From positions 8,415 through 72,414 of IMG/VR virus record IMGVR_UViG_3300021139_000005: DNA of 64,000 bases. One strand, given 5' to 3'. This document shows positions 47,993 to 56,719 of the stretch, piece after piece. The notes below the pieces were generated by a model that was not told the origin of the DNA, searched no databases, and saw nothing but the letters and a program-made list of their open reading frames with translations. Both the position numbers and the translations under genes were made by a program. The stretch's first letter is position 1. Each line of letters starts with the position of its first letter. The stretch is from a virus.

Positions 47993-49096
47993 TTATTCTG
48001 GCTGTAATTGCTTGCCTGAGTTACGAAATTTTGTTCCTATTCCTTCTATCATATTTTGCATAGAGTAAATTGTAATGCTCTTTCTATCAGGATCAATTCC
48101 GAGAATTGCAAATGCAGTGTTGTTTTCGTCAAATATCACATCACCGTAATGATGGTATTTGTCAATAGGATCATTAAAACTAAGGCTATAAATTCCTTCT
48201 GAGTATGATAATATATCGCATGGCTCAAGTGCTTCTGGTATACTTATACTATCTAAGTTTCGGTCAATTTTCCACCAATCATCTTTTCCTATGGAGCCAT
48301 CTGAGTAAAATGGAGTACCCAATTTATTGAACCTTTTAAAAATGTTTTTAACATTATCTGACATCTGTGGGAACTGACCAATTTCATCTGCCACCAATTT
48401 GTTTTGCTTGCCACCTACGTAGGAGTCTGTAGTAGTCTCAGCAAACAGCAACTTGCTTGATGATTGTATTATCTGCTCCCGTTCTCTTTCGGAAGCCTCT
48501 TTTCTCGCATCAGCAAACATATCCAGTTGCTCCATTTCGATTTCTGGTTTAATGCCTATATCTAAAGGCATGATCCATACACCGGGTGAGTCTTTGTCTA
48601 CGCTGTATAAAGGAAGGCCACCTAATATATTTGCCATAACCGGGATAAAAACCACATTGGCAATGTCATCAACATCTATCCATTGTGTAGCTACCATTGG
48701 TATTTTTGGGTGTTTCTTCCAGTAACTACCGGAAATACAATCAGCAATAGCTTCTACAGCATTACCAAAATCGAACATAGCCTTTGTTTTTCGCACAAAA
48801 TGTAGCTGAATGATATAAGGCTTCGGCATCCCCTTTACAAGCTCCTTAAACCGCTTCTTATTGTCAATTATCTGCTGAACAATATCCTTGATGTATTCCT
48901 CTGTTTGGTCGGAACTACGTAATGAGGGCGTAATGGCTTTAAATTCTCCATTCTTTTTAAAATACCAAGAACTTTCTTCACCTGATTTTTTGTAGTAGAA
49001 CCCAATCATTTTGGAATTCTTTGCGGAAGGTACGGCACCCGATAGAAATATGGATTTTTCGGGGTTAATGTGGGGAGGCGGTGTTGGTGTTTTCAT
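47993..49096 (-). CDS. RusA-like Holliday junction resolvase with a mosaic C-terminal extension
   Basis: GAVPSAKNSK, FVRKTKAMFDFGN, DVDD, YSVDKDSPGVWI, then about 180 extra residues. Confidence 0.65.
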   Translation of the reverse strand: MKTPTPPPHINPEKSIFLSGAVPSAKNSKMIGFYYKKSGEESSWYFKKNGEFKAITPSLRSSDQTEEYIKDIVQQIIDNKKRFKELVKGMPKPYIIQLHFVRKTKAMFDFGNAVEAIADCISGSYWKKHPKIPMVATQWIDVDDIANVVFIPVMANILGGLPLYSVDKDSPGVWIMPLDIGIKPEIEMEQLDMFADARKEASEREREQIIQSSSKLLFAETTTDSYVGGKQNKLVADEIGQFPQMSDNVKNIFKRFNKLGTPFYSDGSIGKDDWWKIDRNLDSISIPEALEPCDILSYSEGIYSLSFNDPIDKYHHYGDVIFDENNTAFAILGIDPDRKSITIYSMQNMIEGIGTKFRNSGKQLQPE

Positions 49097-49776
49097 GTAA
49101 ATAGTGTTTGTTGAACTGATTTAATATTTGTCCATTGTTCTGCCATTGCTCGTGCTATGCCTGGAAAAGTTTTACTTCTTATTTCGCCCCTTAATCCGTC
49201 TTTCTGTGATGCCTTTGCGTACCACGTTGGTTGACTTTTCTTTTTACCTGTTTTGCTATCAATCCAAAAATATCTTTCTTCGGGTGTTACCTTAACTTCC
49301 CTTGAACTTCTTAGCAGGGGTAGATTCTTTAGCCAAAGGCAGGTAGCTTTATGATATGGGTCACCAAACATATACGGATGAATAATTTGGTCTGCTGGCC
49401 TCCAAATACTTGACATGCAGCCAACAGGATTTTCAATACATACTTGGTAAATATCACATTTTGCAATCTGCATAAAAAAATCAACCGCCTCTCTCCTAGC
49501 CTCTCTCCTAGCCTTACCAACCAAAGCCCCTGATTTTAATTCAGGCTGGTCTTTCAGCCATTTATTTGCAGTAACAGTAAGGTAAGTACATGGAGGATGC
49601 ATAATTCCTAATTGTGGTTTAACCAGCTTTATAGCCTCAAACAAATCCATTTGTAAGTGCCATTCAGGGTGTCCACCACTACAAGGCTTTAAGTCACACG
49701 AATATGCTTCATGCCCTAATTTTCTGAACTCTATGCAAACTGCCTGCGATTCTTCGCAGCCTACCAATACTACCAT
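49093..49776 (-). CDS. Phage DNA cytosine methyltransferase-like protein
   Basis: VLVGCEESQAV, HPPCTYL (catalytic PC), IENPVG, RSKTFPGIARAMAEQW. Confidence 0.75.
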   Translation of the reverse strand: MVVLVGCEESQAVCIEFRKLGHEAYSCDLKPCSGGHPEWHLQMDLFEAIKLVKPQLGIMHPPCTYLTVTANKWLKDQPELKSGALVGKARREARREAVDFFMQIAKCDIYQVCIENPVGCMSSIWRPADQIIHPYMFGDPYHKATCLWLKNLPLLRSSREVKVTPEERYFWIDSKTGKKKSQPTWYAKASQKDGLRGEIRSKTFPGIARAMAEQWTNIKSVQQTLFT

Positions 49777-49789
49777 TTCTTTTGTTTAA

Positions 49790-50195
49790 GTGTCAATAAA
49801 AAGCGCCTTCTTGAGAAGAGTTTGAGTGCTTTGGAGGTAAAAGTAAAGAGCAACTCCCCCTGCCCCCTGAACAGAAGAAGTTGCTACTTTACCAAACATT
49901 CCGTCGATGAGAATCGGCCCCGTATGGCTGTAAGCGGGAAGAGCGTTGCACAGCCCAGACCTTACATTTAAAAAGAGATAATTTTTCGTAATTAAAAACG
50001 CACCCAATGTTTTCACAATCGGAGTGCCTTGCTTATCGTTTTACCGCAGCGCAAGGATAGGGAGGAAACGCACCGAACAAGTATCAGGTTTTAATCCAAT
50101 ACAGGGTAAGACACGGCTACGTTTCCAGAAGATTCTTTGTGGTTTGATAGTATATGAGGCCGTGTCTTACTTCGGTTTGTTCACTTCTATCTTGA
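49790..50195 (-). ncRNA. Candidate structured non-coding RNA/leader
   Basis: About 400-nt gap with strong inverted repeats downstream of TACATTTG (minus strand, 50198-50205). Confidence 0.35.
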
Positions 50196-50214
50196 CACAA
50201 ATGTAACCAATATT

Positions 50215-50487
50215 TTAAAGAACGTTTCTCTTAGCTACCAACTCCTTCAACTTGTCATTAAACTGCCTGATACCCGGGCCTTGATGTGAAATAGTATGGC
50301 AATGATGGCAAAGTGCAATAAGGTTACTCCAATGGTCTTGTTCATGTTTTCTCTTGCTTCCAAACTTTGACCTAGGTATTACATGATGAATATCAACGGC
50401 TACCGCATTACAAACCTCACAGAGAATGACATCTCCCTGCGTATAGTTAAATTTGGTGTAGTAGTTGAATGTGTGGCGCTGCATCAA
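50215..50487 (-). CDS. Small HNH endonuclease
   Basis: CEVC..DIHHVIPRS...NLIALCHHCH. Confidence 0.85.
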   Translation of the reverse strand: MMQRHTFNYYTKFNYTQGDVILCEVCNAVAVDIHHVIPRSKFGSKRKHEQDHWSNLIALCHHCHTISHQGPGIRQFNDKLKELVAKRNVL

Positions 50488-50714
50488 ACAAGTTTTTTAC
50501 AGGTTGAATCATTGGTTCTAAGAATGTGACCACACAGGATACATTCCATTTGAGGCATGTCCACACCATTCATTGCTTCTGAGATATTACGATGGAATAA
50601 GGTGCCTCCACAGACCTCTGTTCCCTTTTGCTGATCAGGTTCCAAATACCCAAGGTCTTGCATCAACTTTGTCATTCCCTTTTGCCTGCTTCCTAAAACT
50701 AATATATTACTCAT
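50484..50714 (-). CDS. Small protein with a degenerate terminase Walker A-like N-terminus and a Zn-ribbon-like C-terminus
   Basis: ILVLGSRQKGMTK; CGG...CILCG. Confidence 0.55.
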   Translation of the reverse strand: MSNILVLGSRQKGMTKLMQDLGYLEPDQQKGTEVCGGTLFHRNISEAMNGVDMPQMECILCGHILRTNDSTCKKLV

Positions 50715-51358
50715 AGCAGTATAAATTTTTGTTTGTCAAACTCATCCTTACTCAATATTTCAGCCTTACCTTTAGATGGCTTAAGCACAATAGTACCGCT
50801 GGTGGGGTATTTCTGCAATACCTGATACCTGGTAACGATGTCTTGAAACTTACCCGGCTTCCATGTGACTACCGTATCATTCAGGTTCACCTTGATGTAG
50901 GACACTACCTGCTGCTCTTTAAACGCATTGGCGGTCTTTCCTGCAATAGCGTCAGCAAACCTGTTCAGTTGATCTGTTGAGTGCCCCTTTACCCATGTTA
51001 ACGGCTTCCTGTTGTGCCGGTATAGTTCAAATATTTCCTTCCACAGACCGATGTTTTTGATGTCACCGTTCCATTTCTTTTTTGCCCAGCTATGCTGCCA
51101 GATGTTGCTTCCATCAACGACATACTTTGAGTCACAGAATATCTCTATACCAGTAAGACCTTCCTCCTTTATCCACCTCAATGCCTCCAGAACACCGTTC
51201 AGTTCAGCCTGATTGTTGGTAGCTACGGGGAATCCTCCTGTGAAGAACCTGGTCTTCTCTGTTACGGTTATCTCATCAATGGGGGAGATAATTACTGCCC
51301 ATCCAGAAGGTCCCGGGTTAGTGAGAGAACTGCCATCGGTATATATTTTAACGCTCAT
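50711..51358 (-). CDS. rnhA: Ribonuclease HI
   Basis: YTDGS, TNNQAEL, CDSKYV, WVKGHS, NRFADAIA; all catalytic acidic residues present. Confidence 0.93.
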   Translation of the reverse strand: MSVKIYTDGSSLTNPGPSGWAVIISPIDEITVTEKTRFFTGGFPVATNNQAELNGVLEALRWIKEEGLTGIEIFCDSKYVVDGSNIWQHSWAKKKWNGDIKNIGLWKEIFELYRHNRKPLTWVKGHSTDQLNRFADAIAGKTANAFKEQQVVSYIKVNLNDTVVTWKPGKFQDIVTRYQVLQKYPTSGTIVLKPSKGKAEILSKDEFDKQKFILL

Positions 51359-51948
51359 GACCTGTAGATTCTTTTACTGCGTTCGAAAACTGCTCTGAAC
51401 TTATCAGCACCTACCTCAGCGAGAAGTTCGTTAATCAGGATGGTATCCAGTGCTGACTTGTAGAGAACCGATAACTCCTTTTCCTTTTCATCAAGACCTA
51501 ACTGCTCAGCCATTAAGTTCTGCATCACAACAATTTTGCTTGCTCTATCAGATGCCTCAACAGACTTTACTATCACCTCCATCCGGCTAAATACCTTCTG
51601 GCATGTGTTAAGGCTCTTTTTAGTAAGACCTTCAACAACCAGTTCTTTAATGAGGTAAAGCGCTTCCTGGATTTTAATCTCGCGCATGGGCCGGCTAATC
51701 TCAATCTGGATAGACTTTATCCTCGGCGCTAACACAGCTTTACGGGATTTTATCATCACCAGGCTCTTGCTCAGTTCGTCAGATGTAAAGAACCCTGTTT
51801 CAAACGCATAGGCTGGCGATTTGAGGGCACTTGTGTGTATCTCTGATGTCATGGCCTTGGAGGTGCATAGGAAACACTTATCGAGCTTCTGAATGCTTGG
51901 TAGGGTAATACCTCTGATGGAGGCGCATGTGGAACATATTGTGATCAT
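51355..51948 (-). CDS. Hypothetical protein with N-terminal CxxC..CxxC
   Basis: CSTC...CFLC, then a coiled coil. Confidence 0.55.
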   Translation of the reverse strand: MITICSTCASIRGITLPSIQKLDKCFLCTSKAMTSEIHTSALKSPAYAFETGFFTSDELSKSLVMIKSRKAVLAPRIKSIQIEISRPMREIKIQEALYLIKELVVEGLTKKSLNTCQKVFSRMEVIVKSVEASDRASKIVVMQNLMAEQLGLDEKEKELSVLYKSALDTILINELLAEVGADKFRAVFERSKRIYRS

Positions 51949-52160
51949 CCTTTCTTCTTTTTATCCAAAATGATACTGTTGTGCTCTTTGATATAGTCCT
52001 CTAACACTTTCTTAATTGCCGGGTGCTCACATATTTGCCTGATTCTACGGTCATAAGCCTCGTGGTAGTCTTCACTACTCTGTCGCACCATTTCCTCAAA
52101 CTCTTTTTTGGTCATCAAAGCCATTTTGCTGCGGTTTTTTTGCTCGTTACAAAATACCAT
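51945..52160 (-). CDS. Hypothetical protein
   Basis: Overlapping stop/start with its neighbour. Confidence 0.45.
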   Translation of the reverse strand: MVFCNEQKNRSKMALMTKKEFEEMVRQSSEDYHEAYDRRIRQICEHPAIKKVLEDYIKEHNSIILDKKKKG

Positions 52161-52248
52161 CCTTTACGATAAAGCCATGCTACTTCAAAGCCACGGAGTG
52201 ACCACTGAGCGTAATACCAATAGAACGTAAGGAGGTTACGGGTTGAAA

Positions 52249-52551
52249 TCATAGTTTTTTTTGACCTAACATTTTAGACATCTGATTATAGATATTAGAT
52301 AGAATTTTTAATTTTTTCTTTTTATCTCCCCTTGATGTTTTTATCAGGTCTTTTAAGATAATCTCCCCTGTTTTAATCATTATCAAATCCTCCCGAGTTG
52401 CCTTAAACTGCTTAACATATAGCTCTGCTGCTTTGTCATACATATCAGTAATGTGAACCCCACTTTTTCCAGTATCCAATGGAACCTCATCAAAAGTTTT
52501 GTAGTAATATTTCCTAGCTATAATGTTCTTGCAATCATTGTATGTATTCAT
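52249..52551 (-). CDS. Hypothetical protein
   Basis: 100-aa AT-rich ORF. Confidence 0.55.
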   Translation of the reverse strand: MNTYNDCKNIIARKYYYKTFDEVPLDTGKSGVHITDMYDKAAELYVKQFKATREDLIMIKTGEIILKDLIKTSRGDKKKKLKILSNIYNQMSKMLGQKKL

Positions 52552-52563
52552 GGTATTTGTGTT

Positions 52564-52770
52564 TTAAAAGTTAACATTACAAGGAGGCAACGGATTAATC
52601 TCTGGTAACGGCCTCATGACCAGTTTATGACCCTTACCTATGCCTACGGTATAGCCAAGCTGTTTTAGCTGTTCCCGTAGCTCCTGTGCCGGTTTTATGT
52701 TACCTGCATGATACGGGATACACTTTGCGTCCATTGCCTTAATCTGTGCGAATATTTCTTCTGCTTTCAT
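52564..52770 (-). CDS. Hypothetical protein
   Basis: 68-aa ORF, ATGA-coupled. Confidence 0.5.
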   Translation of the reverse strand: MKAEEIFAQIKAMDAKCIPYHAGNIKPAQELREQLKQLGYTVGIGKGHKLVMRPLPEINPLPPCNVNF

Positions 52771-52934
52771 TTTACCTCCCTGAAATACTCAGGCATTTGT
52801 CTGAATGTTTTCTTAATATCTTCAATCAATTCTATACACACATTTGGATGAAGCCACATTAATTCCCATACTTCAGGAAAATTGCAAGTTTTCATCTCAA
52901 ATCTGAATCCTCGTTTAAAATCTTGTTCGGTCAT
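52767..52934 (-). CDS. 55-aa hypothetical protein (not in the ORF track)
   Basis: MTEQDFKRG...IEDIKKTFRQMPEYFREVK; its TGA overlaps the next ATG. Confidence 0.5.
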   Translation of the reverse strand: MTEQDFKRGFRFEMKTCNFPEVWELMWLHPNVCIELIEDIKKTFRQMPEYFREVK

Positions 52935-52947
52935 AACCTAAATTTTG

Positions 52948-53037
52948 TGGAGAGTATTGGGCTCGAACCAACTTCCTTCTTGGTGAAACAAAGCCATTTG
53001 AAAAACCAAGATGCTCTACCTAATGAGCTAACTCCCC
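52948..53037 (-). tRNA. tRNA-like gene with an enlarged (24-nt) anticodon loop; identity uncertain
   Basis: Acceptor GGGGAGT/ACTCTCC, D-arm GCTC-ATTAGGTA-GAGC, T-arm GTTGG-TTCGAGC-CCAAT, anticodon stem TCTTG/CAAGA. Confidence 0.7.
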
Positions 53038-53057
53038 TGCCATTGCTTACACTATTT

Positions 53058-53087
53058 AAAAACAGGGGAGTTTCTGCCTCTCCCCCG
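53058..53087 (-). terminator. Intrinsic terminator (minus strand)
   Basis: ggggag/ctcccc stem followed by a T-run on the minus strand. Confidence 0.6.
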
Positions 53088-53100
53088 AAAGAACGATCTA

Positions 53101-54237
53101 CTACAGTTTCTCAATTTCTGCCTTCCAACTGTCAATCTGCATGTTTAGCATGTTATCTATCGCCTCATGGATACTTTTTGCCTCTGCTGACTTTAATTGA
53201 ATTGGAGCATTAACAGGTATTGTTTTCAGATAGGCTAACAGTTTGACCTTATCAGGCTGTCTTGCTGCCTTCTTTGCCGCCTTTTCTTCCTCTGCGATCC
53301 GTTTGGCCTCTTTCTCCTGCGCCTCCCGTTCAATGCGCTGGCGCTCCTGCTCTTTGGCAAGTTCTTTAGCTTGTTCCAGTTCGGCCTCACGCTTCTTTTC
53401 TTCTGCTATTCTCCTTGCCTCTGCTTCCTTTTTGTCCTGCTCGGCTTTGATCGCTGCTTCGAGTTGTTGTTCCTCACGTTTCAGCCTTTCTTCGCGCTCA
53501 GCTATTTCGCGTTTTTTGGCCTCAATTTCTGCCTGACATTTACGCTGCTCTTCTTCCTTCTGCGCTTGCTCCTGGCGTTGTTGCTCTAACTTCTCAGCCT
53601 CTTCACGCTTCCGGTTCTCTTCTGCTAATCTTTCAGCTTCTACCTGTTCAAGTCTGGCCTGTTCCTTATCGTAGGCTGCTTTTACCTCACCTTCAATAAG
53701 TTTGGTCCATCCTTCATCTGTAAGGTTCCTGATTTCCATTATCTGAACATTGCAACCTTGCAGGCTATACCCGGCAGCCGTGAGGACAAACCCGAAACTT
53801 ATCAGCTCCATTAAACGGTCGTTGGCCTTTGCCTCTTCTTCTTCAGCTTTGATTTTAGCTAGCCTGGCCTGTTCTGCCTCCACCTGGGCCTCGTAACCTA
53901 AAAACCTGTCTTCTTCGGGCTGTATTAAGGCCACAATCTCCTTTTCCTTTGAGATAACGTTCTTGGAGAAGGCATTTGCTCCGTCACGGACGTTTTTCAT
54001 GAACTTCTCAATACCTACTCTGGTATTCTTGAACTCAATACGGGCAGCTTTAATCATTTTTAGCTGCTCTTTGTCGTTCAGGTCGGTTAATACAAGTCCC
54101 TCGTGTTTCTTTTTGAGGGCTTCGATTTCTGCAAGGTATTTTGGTACCATTACAGGGAGCTCATTCTTGAACTCTACTACTTCTGTTGCTGTGCTCATTT
54201 TGGTGTGGTTTATGTGATTAAAGTTTACGTCTTTCAA
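53101..54237 (-). CDS. Long coiled-coil phage protein (DUF1351-like N-terminus)
   Basis: ARIEFKNTRVGIEK..K...IQPEE, E/K/A/R-rich coil; true start may be the Met near 54198. Confidence 0.65.
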   Translation of the reverse strand: MKDVNFNHINHTKMSTATEVVEFKNELPVMVPKYLAEIEALKKKHEGLVLTDLNDKEQLKMIKAARIEFKNTRVGIEKFMKNVRDGANAFSKNVISKEKEIVALIQPEEDRFLGYEAQVEAEQARLAKIKAEEEEAKANDRLMELISFGFVLTAAGYSLQGCNVQIMEIRNLTDEGWTKLIEGEVKAAYDKEQARLEQVEAERLAEENRKREEAEKLEQQRQEQAQKEEEQRKCQAEIEAKKREIAEREERLKREEQQLEAAIKAEQDKKEAEARRIAEEKKREAELEQAKELAKEQERQRIEREAQEKEAKRIAEEEKAAKKAARQPDKVKLLAYLKTIPVNAPIQLKSAEAKSIHEAIDNMLNMQIDSWKAEIEKL

Positions 54238-54463
54238 TTACAACTAAAGAATCCGAAGCAGAAATTATCCGGTCCAGTTCATTCTCCGATTTCTTATAAA
54301 GTTCTATGGCCTCCTCATACTGTGCTTTCTGTACCAACAAAGCATCAACATAATCCTGTTGCGCTCTTATCATCTGCTCCTGGGCCGCGTTCTTTTCACG
54401 CAGAAACAGACAATAGCAAAAAGCGACTAAAAAAGCGATAACGAAAATGGTTTCTGCGTTCAT
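54218..54463 (-). CDS. Small membrane-anchored coiled-coil protein
   Basis: N-terminal TM IFVIAFLVAFCYCLFL. Confidence 0.55.
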   Translation of the reverse strand: MNAETIFVIAFLVAFCYCLFLREKNAAQEQMIRAQQDYVDALLVQKAQYEEAIELYKKSENELDRIISASDSLVVIERRKL

Positions 54464-54509
54464 ATTAATGCAAAGTTGTCAACTATATGTTGCATTTCCA
54501 AATGAATGG

Positions 54510-54773
54510 CTATTTTTTTTTTACAACCTCCAGTTTTCTTATTTCGGCTGCAATTCGGTAATACTCATCCATGTTGGCCTGAACTTTGGCATCGTAGGCT
54601 CTTATACAAACTGCTTCTGCCTCTATTTTCTTCCGGTAGGATGTGATGTTTCGAACTGACCTGCCCCGCTGATGGCTGAAGTCCTCGTTCTCCTTGGTGA
54701 TGCGATCCAGTTTATCCTTGTAATCCTTCAGCATCTCTTCCCTGAATTTTTCCATGTGTTCCATAGGGTTCAA
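54510..54773 (-). CDS. Hypothetical coiled-coil protein
   Basis: 87-aa charged helical ORF. Confidence 0.5.
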   Translation of the reverse strand: MNPMEHMEKFREEMLKDYKDKLDRITKENEDFSHQRGRSVRNITSYRKKIEAEAVCIRAYDAKVQANMDEYYRIAAEIRKLEVVKKK

Positions 54774-54969
54774 ATTTTAGGTTTTCGTTGGTTAGCTTCC
54801 TGTACCGTTCAAGGTCTTTATCAGTTGGCCTGTTCCACTTTTCAGCATTGGATGGAGAAGCTGTAAAGAGGAGGTCAGGTTTTAGATAGACTGGCCGGCA
54901 GTAGTCGTGGGTTACAAGTACATAGTGCAATGTTTCAGATTTTGTGGATTAGAAAATGTGCGTTTCCCG

Positions 54970-55830
54970 TTAGGCTACCTGGCGCTTTATCTCAAAGCTA
55001 TACTGCTCTGAGAATCCCTGTGTGAGTATCTGCTCCAGCTTCTCAGCCTCGGAAGCGCTCAGAGGTGTTCTCCATCCGAAGGAAAACTTATCCGTGTGGC
55101 TGTAGTATATCACGTTGTTGAAATCAACATTGTGCTCTATCAGCCATGTGAACGCTGCCTTCTCCTTGATGGCATTCTGGATGTCCTTATCCAGTTGCTC
55201 CAGTTTACGCTTCTGAGACTCTTCCAGCCTCTTTTTACGGGCGATTACCTGCTCGGATCGGTATAGGCCAAGGATGCCCTCCGGAACAGCGCCATTGGTC
55301 TTGTATTTGCCCAATATCGGCTTCAGTTCAAGCATATACAGCCTGTCCTCGGTCAGGTGCTCACCACCGATGCATTTAATGCAAAATGCAGCCGTAGGGT
55401 TATGGTATTGAGCGCCACAATACTGGCATGCCCATGTCTCCTTACGGATGGCATTCATTTCCTCCGTTATCTCTAACCAGTACCCCCTCTTGATCTTCCG
55501 GTTGGGATAGATAGACTCTGCCCATTCATGCAGGCGCAGGCCATCTGTAAAGCCCTTTACGCCAGCAGTGTTCCACTGGTCATCAAACAGGAAGTCTGTG
55601 TCAAGGGTTACCTCCTGACCATCCAGAGGGATGATGGCGGTCCGGTACCAATCGCTATCCTGCTGGCCTGCTGTCGTATCAAATAGCTTGTGTCCTGTTT
55701 TCTTCAGGTCAAAGCACATGGCATGGTAGGCTGCGTTGGCATCCTGATTAGAGATATCGAACGAATAATAATGCAATACTGTCTTCATGGCTAAAAATTT
55801 AAACGTGGTTAAGAAATTATAAGTGATCAT
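54970..55830 (-). CDS. Hypothetical early protein with a Zn finger
   Basis: CQYCG...CIKC; likely start at MKTVLH near 55788. Confidence 0.6.
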   Translation of the reverse strand: MITYNFLTTFKFLAMKTVLHYYSFDISNQDANAAYHAMCFDLKKTGHKLFDTTAGQQDSDWYRTAIIPLDGQEVTLDTDFLFDDQWNTAGVKGFTDGLRLHEWAESIYPNRKIKRGYWLEITEEMNAIRKETWACQYCGAQYHNPTAAFCIKCIGGEHLTEDRLYMLELKPILGKYKTNGAVPEGILGLYRSEQVIARKKRLEESQKRKLEQLDKDIQNAIKEKAAFTWLIEHNVDFNNVIYYSHTDKFSFGWRTPLSASEAEKLEQILTQGFSEQYSFEIKRQVA

Positions 55831-56080
55831 TAGTTTGGCTGATAACAGCGAGATTGTAGCCTACGATATTTTCAAGCTCTGCCTTGAGGTCTGCATACAT
55901 CTCCGGCAAAGCCAGTTTGCATGAATCGGCATATTCCTTAGAGCATCCAGAATGCTGTCCGATGTGGGCATAGCAGGTTCTTGAATTGTGCCCCCACTTT
56001 AGGTCTGGGAACTATGCAAAAACGGTGTCTGTATCGATATCGTATAGAAACTTTACCCTTGTCTTATGGATGTCTTTCAT
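55817..56080 (-). pseudogene. Small phage gene interrupted by an in-frame TAG
   Basis: MKDIH...VFA*FPD...CYAHIGQHS...ELENIVGYNL; TAG at 56014-56012; ATGA-coupled to the upstream gene. Confidence 0.7.
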
Positions 56081-56445
56081 GCTACTACCTCCTCCTCTTT
56101 ACCGGCAACATAAGTCAGCCTTGTGTAATGGTTAGCAATGTATTCCTTGGCTATCTGTCTCGCTGCCTGGGCATCCTTGGGCATGCATATGATGTAGCGA
56201 TGGATGCAGAAAACGTTACTGCTCTGGCATACCCTCTGGCGAAACTTAATGCCGTTCTTCCTGAGTAGCTGTCCTATTGCCCGGAGCTCAGCCTTGCACA
56301 CATCGGTGGGGCAAGGAGAGTCAGAGAAGGTTCCTGTGTCGTTAGCTCCGGCTACGGCATAGATTGGTTCGGAATAGCCTCTCCATCCGTCTTGGCGTAC
56401 GTAGTAGGTCTTGGTGGTGAATTTGTCCTGAGAAATTGTCTTCAT
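56077..56445 (-). CDS. Hypothetical early protein
   Basis: 122-aa ORF (DGWRGY..., SSNVFC). Confidence 0.6.
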   Translation of the reverse strand: MKTISQDKFTTKTYYVRQDGWRGYSEPIYAVAGANDTGTFSDSPCPTDVCKAELRAIGQLLRKNGIKFRQRVCQSSNVFCIHRYIICMPKDAQAARQIAKEYIANHYTRLTYVAGKEEEVVA

Positions 56446-56508
56446 GATTGGTGTGATTTAAGTTTTAAGAAAAATGATTTTGTGCGTCTCCCGTTGTGAA
56501 AAGTCAGG

Positions 56509-56718
56509 TTATTCTGTGATGATACCCTGCTGGATCAAAGATTGTGCAGTTCTGCCGAACCATCCCTGTAGCTGGTAGGCCAATCGCGTATTGTGCAGGT
56601 ATTGCCATGCTGCGATGACCTGTTCTTCAGAAGTAGACTCAATGAATCCCTCTGCAATGCCTGTTGCTTCATAGGGAGTAAATTTGAATTTCTTGCCTCT
56701 TGTTGTTGGTGCTTTCAT
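56509..56718 (-). CDS. Conserved small phage protein
   Basis: AWQYLHNTRLAYQLQGWFGRTAQSLIQQG motif. Confidence 0.65.
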   Translation of the reverse strand: MKAPTTRGKKFKFTPYEATGIAEGFIESTSEEQVIAAWQYLHNTRLAYQLQGWFGRTAQSLIQQGIITE

Positions 56719-56719
56719 G

